From sequence record NC_020077.1: a stretch of 64,000 nt of DNA; one strand, given 5' to 3'. Positions within the stretch are counted from its first letter, which is position 1; the number at the start of each line of letters is the position of its first letter. The translations under genes were made by a program, and so were the position numbers. Positions 36,989 to 47,463 of the stretch are shown piece by piece. The notes beneath the pieces are model-generated. The model was not told where the DNA came from and ran no database searches. It worked only from the letters and a program-made list of their open reading frames with translations.

Positions 36989-39238
36989 TTATAAGAGTTG
37001 TGTCTGTGCTCTTTGTGTTGTTGTGCTAGAAGAAAGTACTGATGGTGCTACTGCTACTGCCGCATCGCCTACTACGTTTATTACTGCGTTTAAAGCATTA
37101 ACTGCATTAGTATACATTGGTTCTTGCGTGAAGTTTTGACCAGTTATCGTGTTTAGCGCGTTGAGGAGATTTAGATAATATTTTGCTTGTTCTTTATACT
37201 GTATTGCAGAATTAGTATCTCCATTTTTTAAAGCGTTATATGCCTTTGCAGCATAATCATATAAAGAGGCGAGTAATCCATTCATCTTCATTGTAAATGT
37301 GCTTCCTGGCTCTTGTGCTAAAGCTATGATGTAAGGTGCGTATTGTGGTGCTGCAGCTATTGCATCTGCATAATCATTATTCAGTAAGTAATTTGCAACT
37401 GTTTGATTATATTCTATTTGTACTGCTTGTGATGAATTGCTTGGTGAGAATGCGGATACAATGTTATTAATGTAAGTGCTCAATCCATTGAGATATGGAT
37501 TATTAGTATTCGCTAAGGCTGAAAGTTGGTTAACAATGAACTGTGGATTTTGTCCTTGTGCAAATGCCGTGTCAAAATCTTGTAACAAATTCTGGAGTTG
37601 ATTAATTGTATTTATTGCCTGATTGACCTCAGCTGTATTATTAGTATCTGATTTTAACTGATTCAATATCTGAAGGGCCTCATTTAGATTACCGCTTTGT
37701 AGTGCGTTTTGGAGATTTGTAGTTAGATTCTGCGCGTTTGTACCTACTTGCTGTTGTGCGGTTTGTAATAATTGTGCTACAGTATTTGCCTCATTATTTA
37801 GATAATTAGCCAAATACGAAGTGATTGGATTACTGCCCACTTGATTTGCGATTTGTTGCAATTGATTTGCGATTTGTTGCAATGTGTTAACATCTGATGA
37901 AGTGTATTGCCCTTTATTTTGTTCTTGCTGTATTGTACTAACGGCATTATTGAACTGCTGCTGTATACTGCTCAATATCTGAATTGCTTGTGAGATTGTG
38001 TTTGCAGCCTGCGTATAACCAATTTGATTTGCGAGTTGGTCACCACTCTGCAAGGCAGAAAGAGCGTTACTTATGTTACCACTCTGTAGGTTATTCTCAG
38101 CCTGAGAAACATAGTTTTGTACTTCTTGCTGTAAGTAGTTTTGTATGTTAGTTTGTACTTGTTGCGCAGTACTCGCTAAATTGCTTATATAGCTAGATAA
38201 GTAAGAGGTAATAGAATTGTTGCCTATACTATTATTTATACTGTTTAGTGCACTAATGGCATTTTGAATAGCTTGCAAATCACTAGGTGTATAACTACTC
38301 TTATTCTGTTCTTGCTGTATTGTACTGATAGCATTATTGAGCTGTTGTTGAATGTTATCTAGTATTTGCGTTGCCTGTGAGATTGTGTTTGCATCTTGAC
38401 TATCGCCTATTTGGTTAGCAATTTGCTCACCACTCTGTAAGGCAGAAAGAGCACCACTTATGTTACCGCTTTGTAAATCATTTTCAGCTTGAGAAATGTA
38501 GTTCTGTACTTGCTGTGTATTTGGTCCAGAACTGCCTCCACCACCACCTGAACCACCAGAACCACCGCTTGAACCACCACCGCTTCCAGAGCCACCACCA
38601 CCAGAGCCTGGCGGACTGGAACTACCCCCGCCACCGCCAGAGCCACCGCCGCCGGAGTTTGGATTAGAACTTCCACCGCCGCCTCCAGAACCAGGGCCCG
38701 AGCTGTTTGGTGAGCTATTAGGACTGCTTGATTGGTTATTAAGGTATTTTTGTATTTGTTGTTGAACTGACTGTGCTTGTTGATATAGACTGTTTAAATA
38801 ATTTGCAAGAGGACCAGCATATGGATTATTATTGTTTGCTTCTGCGTCTAAGCCATTAACAACATTCTCCAAATTATTTACAATTGTGTTAATTGTATTC
38901 AAATCGTTTTGTGTATATGAACTTTGTTGTTGTAATTGAAGTATTGTGTTTCTGTATTGATTATAGTTATATGCAGTAAGAGCATTTAGGACTGACTGCG
39001 CATTATAAGCATCGCCTTGATTACCAGTTTGCTTATCATATTGTATTATTCCATTTAGAATATCTTGCGCATCAGCAGGAGAAGCACCAGCACTAACAAC
39101 TTGCCCATTTTGAACTGTTTGTGTGCATTCAGCAGGACCATATCCATTACTGTATAGCGGAGGGGGATTAATAGAAAATACACTTTGGTAAGCCATTAAC
39201 CACCCTTGATTTGTGCATGGTTGCGAATTTGACGACAT
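36989..39238 (-). CDS. Q/N-rich helical repeat protein with Gly/Ser linker
   Basis: 129-aa tandem repeat starting QQVQNYISQAEND and QEVQNYVSQAENN; poly-GS linker at about 38530-38730. Confidence 0.85.
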   Translation of the reverse strand: MSSNSQPCTNQGWLMAYQSVFSINPPPLYSNGYGPAECTQTVQNGQVVSAGASPADAQDILNGIIQYDKQTGNQGDAYNAQSVLNALTAYNYNQYRNTILQLQQQSSYTQNDLNTINTIVNNLENVVNGLDAEANNNNPYAGPLANYLNSLYQQAQSVQQQIQKYLNNQSSSPNSSPNSSGPGSGGGGGSSNPNSGGGGSGGGGGSSSPPGSGGGGSGSGGGSSGGSGGSGGGGGSSGPNTQQVQNYISQAENDLQSGNISGALSALQSGEQIANQIGDSQDANTISQATQILDNIQQQLNNAISTIQQEQNKSSYTPSDLQAIQNAISALNSINNSIGNNSITSYLSSYISNLASTAQQVQTNIQNYLQQEVQNYVSQAENNLQSGNISNALSALQSGDQLANQIGYTQAANTISQAIQILSSIQQQFNNAVSTIQQEQNKGQYTSSDVNTLQQIANQLQQIANQVGSNPITSYLANYLNNEANTVAQLLQTAQQQVGTNAQNLTTNLQNALQSGNLNEALQILNQLKSDTNNTAEVNQAINTINQLQNLLQDFDTAFAQGQNPQFIVNQLSALANTNNPYLNGLSTYINNIVSAFSPSNSSQAVQIEYNQTVANYLLNNDYADAIAAAPQYAPYIIALAQEPGSTFTMKMNGLLASLYDYAAKAYNALKNGDTNSAIQYKEQAKYYLNLLNALNTITGQNFTQEPMYTNAVNALNAVINVVGDAAVAVAPSVLSSSTTTQRAQTQLL

Positions 39239-39382
39239 TTCACTCTCCTCTCTCTAAAAATAATAAAACAAAGTTAAAAAGAGTCACTCAGAAGGCTTTT
39301 TGGCAAATTTACCAAAAACTGTCTGAGTGTTCATAATTCTCCAGATTTGTAGAAGGGTTTTTCCTCATGTAGTCTTACTTTC

Positions 39383-39422
39383 GAATTTCGAACTTTTGCT
39401 ATATACTGGGACTTCGAACTTG
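39383..39422 (+). repeat. 40-bp dispersed element, copy 2
   Basis: CGAATTTCGAACTTTTGCTATATACTGGGACTTCGAACTT, 38/40 identical to copy 1. Confidence 0.9.
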
Positions 39423-39607
39423 TAACGTTAAAAATTGGGCGTCAAATGGTTTCACAAGTTTGAAAAAAATACAGAACATTTTTTCGTTAAATTTACCAAA
39501 TTCTTACTAGTAAAACATATTTTGGTAAATCTAGCGAATTATCATGACAATTCTGTAGATTTGGAGAAAAAGCTAGTCTTTTTAATTCATTATGTTTACT
39601 TAAGATT

Positions 39608-40108
39608 ATGAGTGAAATAACTCCATCAGACCCACTACAACGTATCTCATCTAATTTTATAATAATATTGAATAGTTTACCGCCTACATATCAGTCTGAG
39701 ACAGTACAATACATTAAGACAACTCTACTCAACAACGGCCTACAGCAAATTGTACCACAATCTTTTAGCCAATTAGTTCCCTCTACTACTCCAGCAGCTA
39801 TTCTTTCATCTATCCAAAAAGAAATAACTACTGGACAAGGTGAGAAAATACAAATACAGCAGTTGCCAGCATTAGTAGAGCAAACACAAAACCTAATTGA
39901 GCAACTGCCTTCAGTAATTGCAAGAACTCAACTGAGTGTTGAAGAAGCGCCTACAGTGCTTGCAGCGATTATTGCTGTACCATATATTAAACAAAATATT
40001 TTACCAAAAGTGATTCAAACATCATCTAGTTCAATAAAGCAACTGCCTAGTGTGCTTGGTAATACTGAATCTGAAGTTTTAATATCACCATTAGTAGTAA
40101 ACCAATAA
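39608..40108 (+). CDS. Hypothetical low-charge protein with QLPxV/L repeats
   Basis: QQLPALV, EQLPSVI, KQLPSVL; late-type promoter at 39574. Confidence 0.75.
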   Translation: MSEITPSDPLQRISSNFIIILNSLPPTYQSETVQYIKTTLLNNGLQQIVPQSFSQLVPSTTPAAILSSIQKEITTGQGEKIQIQQLPALVEQTQNLIEQLPSVIARTQLSVEEAPTVLAAIIAVPYIKQNILPKVIQTSSSSIKQLPSVLGNTESEVLISPLVVNQ

Positions 40109-40164
40109 AAGAAGAAGTAGAAGAAAAGAATTTTAAAAAAATCAAAAATATCTTATTTTATTGT

Positions 40165-40524
40165 TTATGATTTGAAGTAGCCTAGTAGATACTTTATTGC
40201 TACACCGATTGATGCTATTATTAATACTATCATTACAATCTCAAAGACTGTAGATGATAAGCCAAGTGTGTAGTTAATACCGCCTGTAACTTTCGTAGTT
40301 ATGTTATTATTTTGTGGTAATGATGGGATTAATGTTCCTCCAAGTATACCTACTATGAAATATGCTACTATAATTAGAACTATAACAAATACTGCAGCCT
40401 TTGCAAGATTTATGAAAACATCTGTACTAAAGTCTCCGCCACCTGCTGATTTATAGAACCTTCCTAGCTTCTTTGCTACCTTTGCTCTTGCGTTATTATT
40501 GGCAGTTATGAGCCATCCCGCCAT
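40165..40524 (-). CDS. Two-helix hydrophobic protein, candidate spindle-virus major capsid protein
   Basis: Basic N-terminal segment, two long hydrophobic helices and an NIT sequon in the loop; this is the architecture of SSV VP1/SMV1-type capsid proteins. Confidence 0.65.
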   Translation of the reverse strand: MAGWLITANNNARAKVAKKLGRFYKSAGGGDFSTDVFINLAKAAVFVIVLIIVAYFIVGILGGTLIPSLPQNNNITTKVTGGINYTLGLSSTVFEIVMIVLIIASIGVAIKYLLGYFKS

Positions 40525-40555
40525 CTTTTCTCGTTACTTTTTATATGGATTGGAG

Positions 40556-40607
40556 TATAAAAAGACTCCTTAAACATATTAACAATGGCTTAACGAGTCT
40601 TTTTATA
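40556..40607. promoter_or_regulatory. Back-to-back late promoters forming a perfect 13-bp inverted repeat
   Basis: TATAAAAAGACTC (40556-68), N26, GAGTCTTTTTATA (40595-607); each TATA is about 32 nt from a start codon. Confidence 0.85.
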
Positions 40608-40638
40608 TCTCATTTTGAAAAAAGGTTATTGAGCAAAA

Positions 40639-41076
40639 ATGGCAAGAGACGAACCATACAAAGGCGACTACGTAGGAGGAGTAGGGAAGATATTACAAGG
40701 CTATTTTGAAAACTACTATGGATATCCAGAAGTTTCATTGAAGCTAGCTGGTGAGGAAGCAAATCTTAGCAGAACTGGGCATGTAAATGCGAAAGCAATA
40801 GTTCATGAAATGATAAAAACAATTAGAGAAGCTTCAGATCCAGTAAGAAGAGGAAAAGGCTTCAAAGATGCATGGGTATATTTCAGTAGAGTACCAGACA
40901 ATGCCCCACCTAACAGTACAGCATTACCACCAAATATTGCTCAAGCTGTACAACAAAGAATACAAGCGTTATATCAACAGTTAATGTCTACAGGAGCTGC
41001 TGCCAGTGCTGCAGCAAAAGCCCCATCTACTTTCACTAATCCCACTTCAAATCTGACTATGCAAACTACTGCATAA
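40639..41076 (+). CDS. Abundant bicaudavirus structural protein (ATV p131/p145, STSV ORF40-like)
   Basis: [15 protein letters not shown] ... [16 protein letters not shown] matches the family as recalled; 145 aa. Confidence 0.85.
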   Translation: MARDEPYKGDYVGGVGKILQGYFENYYGYPEVSLKLAGEEANLSRTGHVNAKAIVHEMIKTIREASDPVRRGKGFKDAWVYFSRVPDNAPPNSTALPPNIAQAVQQRIQALYQQLMSTGAAASAAAKAPSTFTNPTSNLTMQTTA

Positions 41077-41154
41077 AAGTAAAGCTAAACTAATTTTTTT
41101 ATATCTTCTCCTCCTTAAGGAGACTTTTTTACCTTTGTTATATTAAATTAACAT

Positions 41155-43377
41155 ATGAGATTCAGAATAAGATACTTATTCATGTTAGCCTTTCTAATCT
41201 TTACGTTCACAATGATTGTATCTGCAGCTATTCAACAGATAAATGTCCTAGTCAACATTCCACCATCTCTAACTGGAAACAATTTGTTCTTCGTTATTCC
41301 ATTGAAAACTAATAATAACATAATAACCAATAATAACTTTTACGTTATCAATAATTATGGCTATTATGAATACGCTTATCTTTTCTCATCAACCCCACCA
41401 TTATTAACAGTATATCAGGCGCAGGCTACAAACACAACGTATTATGTTACGTTTGGAAATGGAATAACACCACAGTACGTTTCAACTAATATATACTCGA
41501 ACCTTTTCACATTTTATCTGATAAATACTACAATTTTTAATGTAAGTGGCGTTACAGCAAGCGCTGGAATTGCGACCTTTGCAAACAATAGTCACCTTTG
41601 GTTCCAACCATCTACGGTACGTTATGTTCCATCATCCGTCCTATTCCTTTACAACATTTTACCATCAGCAACCTTATCCGTTAGCCCATTAATATACTCT
41701 GGCCAACCATTACAAGCTGGTGCTGCAGTATTCTTTAATCTATTTCAATCATCAACAACATACACATTCTCAGCACAATACTTGAACGTACCTTACCTTT
41801 TCCTAAATTATCTACAATATCCTACCCTACAAATAACTAACAATCATGTATCAATCAATAATTTCCCACCAGTTCCAGTAAAGCCAGTTTCCGAAGTGAT
41901 AGTAACTCAAAATCAAACCATCGTGTCAAACGTTACCTTCCACACTACTCCAATTATCACTCCTTCATCGTCATTCTCAACGACTTATATAGCAACCTTC
42001 ACATCAATCTATTCTCAAACTGGTTCATTCGTATATGGTTTAGCCCCACTCATCTTCACTCAATCAATGATAAATGGTTCTAATCTCTATGCATTAGAAA
42101 ATGGAAAGTTTGTAACTGTGGGTACGGCACCTTCATCCTTATCCTTAGTCAACAATCCGCAAATGTTTGTAGTAAACTTAGGCAATAATCCAAAGAACGT
42201 AACATTATATGGAGTTCCCATAAGTTCTACAATTGCTGTAACATATTCGAACGGTACAACTAAAACGTTTATTGCACAAGGACAAGTAGTTAACAATGTT
42301 GGACCATTGAAGTTAACTAACTATGGCATTCCAGCTGGTAGTGGAATTACTACGATGGTAATTACTCTGCCAGGCTCTCAAGAAATCTACACTGCACAAA
42401 TAGGCTTTACCGATTTCGTTCATACCTTTTATGTGAATCTAACAAATGGTTTTGCAAGTATAGATATTAATGGTACACAATTAGTTACACTTGGGCAAGT
42501 AGTTTTACCAGCAAATATTGTCATCGGAACACAGCAAGTTGGTTCAAACACTTACCTTCTTGGTCTTGTGCAATCATACACTGGGCAAGTTTATAACTTC
42601 TTAGTACCGCTAAACTATCCAGTCTATGACGTTGTACCTTATGTAAAATATGTTACATATACTGGCCAACCATTATTATTAACGGAAATAGGCGTTTATC
42701 CAGCAAATGGCCTATTCTATACTCTAAGTGGACAAATTAAGCTTAGTATTTCTACACCTTATCCAATTACTGCTACGGTGGAAACAATAGTCACATCGCC
42801 TGGCTTAACGCTTTCGATTAATAATGGTAAAGTAAACGTTTATACTAATTCTTCTGCATCTTCTTCAAACTTGGTAATAGAAGGGGCAAATGGTTACCAG
42901 TTACAGTTGATTTATCAAAACGTACAAACTACTACACCAATAACATCAAACTATTACTCTGTTCAGATACCTTCAAATATGCCGGCCTTAGTTTCAATTG
43001 ATCCATCGTCAAGAGTAATAGTAGTTAATGCTAATGCTATTCAGCAGCAACAAGCACAATATATTAGCCAAAAAGTAACTCTAAACCAACCATTAAATGT
43101 TACAATAACTCAATTACAAATTACGCCAATGAAAATACAACTACCAAAAACTAATACTAACGACGTAATTCAAGTTGGTGCGTATTATCTATTTGCGGCA
43201 TTTGGAATTTACTTGATAAGTAGAAATCTTGAAATCACTAACACAATATGGTATGGATCATTGCTGTTAAGTTTATTTGGTATTGTTATAGCTGCAATCA
43301 CTTTTAATGTAGCATATGTGATTTCCTCGGTTTTCATGTTTGTAGCTAGCTTTGGTTTAAGGCAACTTGGAAAATGA
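41155..43377 (+). CDS. Secreted beta-rich membrane-anchored glycoprotein
   Basis: N-terminal signal-like segment, many NxS/T sequons, C-terminal TM helices. Confidence 0.8.
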   Translation: MRFRIRYLFMLAFLIFTFTMIVSAAIQQINVLVNIPPSLTGNNLFFVIPLKTNNNIITNNNFYVINNYGYYEYAYLFSSTPPLLTVYQAQATNTTYYVTFGNGITPQYVSTNIYSNLFTFYLINTTIFNVSGVTASAGIATFANNSHLWFQPSTVRYVPSSVLFLYNILPSATLSVSPLIYSGQPLQAGAAVFFNLFQSSTTYTFSAQYLNVPYLFLNYLQYPTLQITNNHVSINNFPPVPVKPVSEVIVTQNQTIVSNVTFHTTPIITPSSSFSTTYIATFTSIYSQTGSFVYGLAPLIFTQSMINGSNLYALENGKFVTVGTAPSSLSLVNNPQMFVVNLGNNPKNVTLYGVPISSTIAVTYSNGTTKTFIAQGQVVNNVGPLKLTNYGIPAGSGITTMVITLPGSQEIYTAQIGFTDFVHTFYVNLTNGFASIDINGTQLVTLGQVVLPANIVIGTQQVGSNTYLLGLVQSYTGQVYNFLVPLNYPVYDVVPYVKYVTYTGQPLLLTEIGVYPANGLFYTLSGQIKLSISTPYPITATVETIVTSPGLTLSINNGKVNVYTNSSASSSNLVIEGANGYQLQLIYQNVQTTTPITSNYYSVQIPSNMPALVSIDPSSRVIVVNANAIQQQQAQYISQKVTLNQPLNVTITQLQITPMKIQLPKTNTNDVIQVGAYYLFAAFGIYLISRNLEITNTIWYGSLLLSLFGIVIAAITFNVAYVISSVFMFVASFGLRQLGK

Positions 43378-43971
43378 TCAGAAAAATACTGGCCTTGCGC
43401 CAAATAATGGTGCCCTATATAAGAAGAATGCTTTTGGTGCTAACAATATTAATTCAGCATCTCTTGTTGTTGGATCCATATACGCATAACCAAAAACTTC
43501 ATACTTTAACTTCCATTTTTCATTATTATCTGGAGTGAAATAGTTTTCCATTGAAAATTGTGATGCTGGTGAGGCTGCTTCAGTTAGCACACAATGCTGG
43601 CTTTGTACTTCATCGCAAAGCGTAAAGAGTTTGCGTAGTATTCTTGGTCTTTTATCTTTCCGTCTAAGTTTTTCTAATTTTCCTAGTGCAATATCTGAGA
43701 GATTGGCATGTATATAAACCAAAACCTTTGCTGGTTCATAGTTTGCCAGAGTGTTAATAAATACTGAAAGATTCATTGGTGTTTGCATACGCATTTTATA
43801 CACACGTTTTAGTTCTCCAGTCAAGATAAAGCCAAAAGGTCTGGCCTCTTTTACTAATGGCTTTAGTAAATATAGCTTAGGCTTCTTGTAGGACTTTAAA
43901 ATATCAACTGTGTAAGGCAAGTATGAGAGTTTAGGCGTTAAGGCTGGTTTTGGTTTTTTTGAAAAAATCAT
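43378..43971 (-). CDS. Hypothetical protein (probable ATG 43971)
   Basis: ATG lies 2 nt after the stop of ORF44458. Confidence 0.65.
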   Translation of the reverse strand: MIFSKKPKPALTPKLSYLPYTVDILKSYKKPKLYLLKPLVKEARPFGFILTGELKRVYKMRMQTPMNLSVFINTLANYEPAKVLVYIHANLSDIALGKLEKLRRKDKRPRILRKLFTLCDEVQSQHCVLTEAASPASQFSMENYFTPDNNEKWKLKYEVFGYAYMDPTTRDAELILLAPKAFFLYRAPLFGARPVFF

Positions 43972-43972
43972 G

Positions 43973-44458
43973 TTACCCATGCTCCAAAATTGTATATTTT
44001 GGAGGAGATTTAGGTATTTTTTCACATGGAATCACGTAAATATGTAAGAGATCTTCTAGTCTTGCATCGCTAGTGGTTACTTTTGCGGTTTGCTCAACTT
44101 CAATGCACGTTTCCCCTTCTTTTTTATCACTATTAGTAACATATGTAATTTCGATTATAGTATGATATGTATCATTATAAGGATATGATTTTACAGAATT
44201 AACTATAGCATCTTTTGGGACAGGGTAAAGTGAACTAAGCCTACTAACAAGGCCACTGACTATCGTGAACTTGATAAGTTCACGGCTTTTTGGATCATCA
44301 AAAGCTTGTAAAAACAAGTTTAAATCTTCTGGAAACGCCCTCTCAGGGTTTTTGTCTAGTAGCAGCACGTTTTTAAAAATTTTAACAATAAGAGTAATAT
44401 CGTATGGAGGCTCTTTATTTTGACTACTAGATTTCCGTTCACTTGCGGTAGCTGACAT
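43973..44458 (-). CDS. Hypothetical protein
   Basis: 161-aa ORF in a minus-strand operon. Confidence 0.7.
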   Translation of the reverse strand: MSATASERKSSSQNKEPPYDITLIVKIFKNVLLLDKNPERAFPEDLNLFLQAFDDPKSRELIKFTIVSGLVSRLSSLYPVPKDAIVNSVKSYPYNDTYHTIIEITYVTNSDKKEGETCIEVEQTAKVTTSDARLEDLLHIYVIPCEKIPKSPPKYTILEHG

Positions 44459-44490
44459 ATTTATTGATTATACCGTTGAGTTTATATTTG

Positions 44491-44814
44491 TTATGATTCT
44501 TGCCTTCTTATTGCAGTGACTAAAGCCAGTACGAATAAGACAACGAAGAAAAGGGCAAGTACAAATATTACTATATTTAATGTTGTACTTCCTTGTGCTG
44601 CTATTGCTTGCTGTTGTTGTATTGCTTTGCTGTAGTATTGTTCCCCTTCTGCCGAAACATTGCTAGTAATTTGGTATCCAAACACATCAAGCTTTGTCAC
44701 TTGCGAAAGTATGATATCAGCCGCAAAATATAGCGTGGGGATGATAATAATCAGAATTATCAGTACTCTTATGTAAATAGCTGGTACCTTTAGCGGAGAA
44801 TCATCTCTTGCCAT
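44491..44814 (-). CDS. Two-TM hairpin protein
   Basis: Two hydrophobic helices flanking a polar loop with an NVS sequon. Confidence 0.7.
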   Translation of the reverse strand: MARDDSPLKVPAIYIRVLIILIIIIPTLYFAADIILSQVTKLDVFGYQITSNVSAEGEQYYSKAIQQQQAIAAQGSTTLNIVIFVLALFFVVLFVLALVTAIRRQES

Positions 44815-44845
44815 AGTTTAAAAATATGCATTCATATTATTAAAT

Positions 44846-45211
44846 ATGCGACTAAAAGCTAACGGATCAACTCCGCCATTTTCAATAACAACATATCTAC
44901 TCATCCTTCTCTTAGGCCCAATAGTCACACTGCTGCTTTACTTCTTCTTCTCTACTATGGTTCCACAACTCCTTAAAGCCAATAACCAAATAGCGGTATT
45001 ATTATCAAACGTGACAAATATGAAGGTAGAGAATTATAGTGTTGAAAACGTGACTGTTCAATATTTGAATGGAAGTTATAACAATGCAGTAGGTCCAGTA
45101 GCAGCAACAGTAGCATATTTTTCATACTTACTAACTAATCCATATTCAATAGCAATAATGTTTGGTATTGCGCTAATTTTCTACGCACTATTCTCAATCA
45201 AGAAAAGATGA
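44846..45211 (+). CDS. Two-TM hairpin protein
   Basis: Two hydrophobic helices; loop with several sequons. Confidence 0.7.
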   Translation: MRLKANGSTPPFSITTYLLILLLGPIVTLLLYFFFSTMVPQLLKANNQIAVLLSNVTNMKVENYSVENVTVQYLNGSYNNAVGPVAATVAYFSYLLTNPYSIAIMFGIALIFYALFSIKKR

Positions 45212-45247
45212 TAAAGCTTAATTATTTTTTCTTTCCTACTTTTAAAT

Positions 45248-45361
45248 ATGGCGAAAAAGGATAACAAAAAACAACAAGCCACAAGAAGAACTGAGAATGT
45301 GGTTATCGCAAGAGTAGATCCTCTAATGGTTACTAAAAGTCTAGAACAAGCAAAAGACTAA
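45248..45361 (+). CDS. 37-aa mini-paralog of the ORF45394 N-terminus (missed by the ORF track)
   Basis: MAKKDNKKQQATRRTENVVIARVDPLMVTKSLEQAKD*; upstream sequence is duplicated too. Confidence 0.55.
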   Translation: MAKKDNKKQQATRRTENVVIARVDPLMVTKSLEQAKD

Positions 45362-45393
45362 AGATTTATTATTTTTCTTTCCTATTTTTAATT

Positions 45394-45942
45394 ATGGCCA
45401 AAAAGGATAAGGAAGAAGAGCAAACCGCAAAAGCGTCTGATAGACCTATTGTTGCAAGACTAGATCCGCCACTGGTTATTAGGAATCTTGAACAGGCAAC
45501 TGCAACAACAAGGGTACCTATAGACAACATGACAGAAAAGGATTTACAAACTGCTAACCAGCTTGTGGCAACAGTTGCAAAGGATATCGAAGAATTGGTA
45601 AGGTCTGTTTATCTTGAAGGTTGGCAGAGATTCTCAATATCTGCATCAACACTAGAAGCAGACTTTAGCAGAATACTTACATCGATTCTCGAGGTATTAG
45701 AATCATACCTCATCGAAATAAGGAAGTACATTCAAGCTAGACTAAAAGAGGCACTAGAGGCAAGAGATGTTGAAAAACTAAGGCAATATGGCTATATGCT
45801 AACTATTTTACAAAGGGCTATCGTCATCGCAATTTATAACATATTACAATCTATCGTGGGTAAAATAAAGGTCAACTTGCCTCTAACATATAACTCGCAA
45901 GAATATAACCATACTGTGCTTGGAATTGCACACCTAGATTAA
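45394..45942 (+). CDS. Hypothetical helical protein
   Basis: 182-aa ORF. Confidence 0.75.
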   Translation: MAKKDKEEEQTAKASDRPIVARLDPPLVIRNLEQATATTRVPIDNMTEKDLQTANQLVATVAKDIEELVRSVYLEGWQRFSISASTLEADFSRILTSILEVLESYLIEIRKYIQARLKEALEARDVEKLRQYGYMLTILQRAIVIAIYNILQSIVGKIKVNLPLTYNSQEYNHTVLGIAHLD

Positions 45943-46175
45943 CGGTTTTTCTCATACAGTACAAACACTATATAGATTATGATGAATCCCAAAATGATAA
46001 ATATAATAGCCCAATAGAAATAAGTACTTATCGATGCATTGAATGCTGAGGTAGAACTGCCAGTCAATGTTAAAACTGTTGAATACAAATTTTGTATTAT
46101 AACAGAAATATCTAAGACGATAAGTACAACTATTCCAAGCAAAAACATAGCTAAAACAACATAAATAATGTTCAT
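45939..46175 (-). CDS. Small two-TM hairpin protein
   Basis: 78 aa, two hydrophobic helices, NAS sequon. Confidence 0.7.
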   Translation of the reverse strand: MNIIYVVLAMFLLGIVVLIVLDISVIIQNLYSTVLTLTGSSTSAFNASISTYFYWAIIFIILGFIIIYIVFVLYEKNR

Positions 46176-46798
46176 ATTTTTTTATTATTCATCTGCAGTT
46201 TTATTGCTTTCGCTCCAAACCTATACTTTGCAAGTATTATGGATAGCATGAAAAGGTTTTCTGGAATCCCATCAGGATACATAAATGGGAAGAATGGTAT
46301 GTGTTGGATATCATATCTTGGTTTATGTATAGGTCCTTCATCTACTGGGCAAATAGTACGATATTGTTTATGTTTAATGAGAAAGTGAGTGATGAGATCG
46401 CTCAATTTTCTGACTGAATAATTACAAGCTGGACAGAAATAAGCTTCTGGGTTTATGTTAAGCAGCTCATCAAGGTTCAGGCTTGACACTGTTCCAGCAT
46501 AGTTCCTTTTCACCCAAACTACTAAACTTTTGTATGAAAATGCTGGGATGTAGGCCTCATCAAACAAATACGTTAGGATGGCTTCCATGATAAAACGTTT
46601 ATATTTTTTGTATTCGCCAAAATCTGTTGTAAGCTCTTTTTCTATCCTTGTAAAATCTGGCGCTGAGTTATTTGAAATGTAGTATTTCAGTTTGTCTTCA
46701 AGATTCTTATCTGCCTTGCGGTGCGTCTCAATCAATATGTAATTATACTTTTTGCTGTACCTAACAATTGCTGGTATGTGCAGCTTCTTTAAGAACAT
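46172..46798 (-). CDS. C2H2 zinc-finger protein
   Basis: YFCPACNYSVRKLSDLITHFLIKH. Confidence 0.7.
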   Translation of the reverse strand: MFLKKLHIPAIVRYSKKYNYILIETHRKADKNLEDKLKYYISNNSAPDFTRIEKELTTDFGEYKKYKRFIMEAILTYLFDEAYIPAFSYKSLVVWVKRNYAGTVSSLNLDELLNINPEAYFCPACNYSVRKLSDLITHFLIKHKQYRTICPVDEGPIHKPRYDIQHIPFFPFMYPDGIPENLFMLSIILAKYRFGAKAIKLQMNNKKI

Positions 46799-46839
46799 GT
46801 ATGCTAGTAGCTCACTTTCCTCTTTATCAGTTTTAAGTG

Positions 46840-47463
46840 TTATTTGAAATGTGCCTTGATGAATTCCAACACACCCCCTACAACTTTAAGCATCTTAAGC
46901 GAATAATCAAAAAAGTACTCTGCATGTAGAGCTTCTTCAAGGTTTTTCTCGTTCACATTAAATAGTGTCATTATCTCTTGATAAAGCATCGTGCCCCTAA
47001 TACGTAGTAAAAGGGCCTTAGTCTTCTCGATTATTACCTGGTATGCCTTCAGTTTTGTCAAGTATTCAGACTTCTCCTTGTAAACTGTTTCCAGGTGTGA
47101 TAAGATGTTCGAGGCTTCATTAACAACTGCCTCAATGTTATAATCACTCGTATCTACAGTATCAATCACTAAATTTGTAATTGCTGGATTATTAGAAAAT
47201 AAGGCAACACATAATTTTATAACATGAGCGCGCTGTACAGCTTTGTCATTAGTGCTCTCAAGAACCTTCTTAGTTTTTTCAAATAATGGCCTTAAATGTG
47301 GGTATGTTGATAAGAATAGTAATAGGCTGTTGTAAACTGATATTGGGTGAGAAGATATTGTTAAGCTATTACACATGTTTAGTGCGAGAGAGATAGCGTC
47401 TTTTCGTTTATCAAGATCTTGTGGTGCTGCTTCAGGCAAAAGATAATCTAGTTCGTCACTCAT
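46840..47463 (-). CDS. Hypothetical helical protein
   Basis: 207 aa, overlaps the stop of the ParB-like gene. Confidence 0.75.
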   Translation of the reverse strand: MSDELDYLLPEAAPQDLDKRKDAISLALNMCNSLTISSHPISVYNSLLLFLSTYPHLRPLFEKTKKVLESTNDKAVQRAHVIKLCVALFSNNPAITNLVIDTVDTSDYNIEAVVNEASNILSHLETVYKEKSEYLTKLKAYQVIIEKTKALLLRIRGTMLYQEIMTLFNVNEKNLEEALHAEYFFDYSLKMLKVVGGVLEFIKAHFK

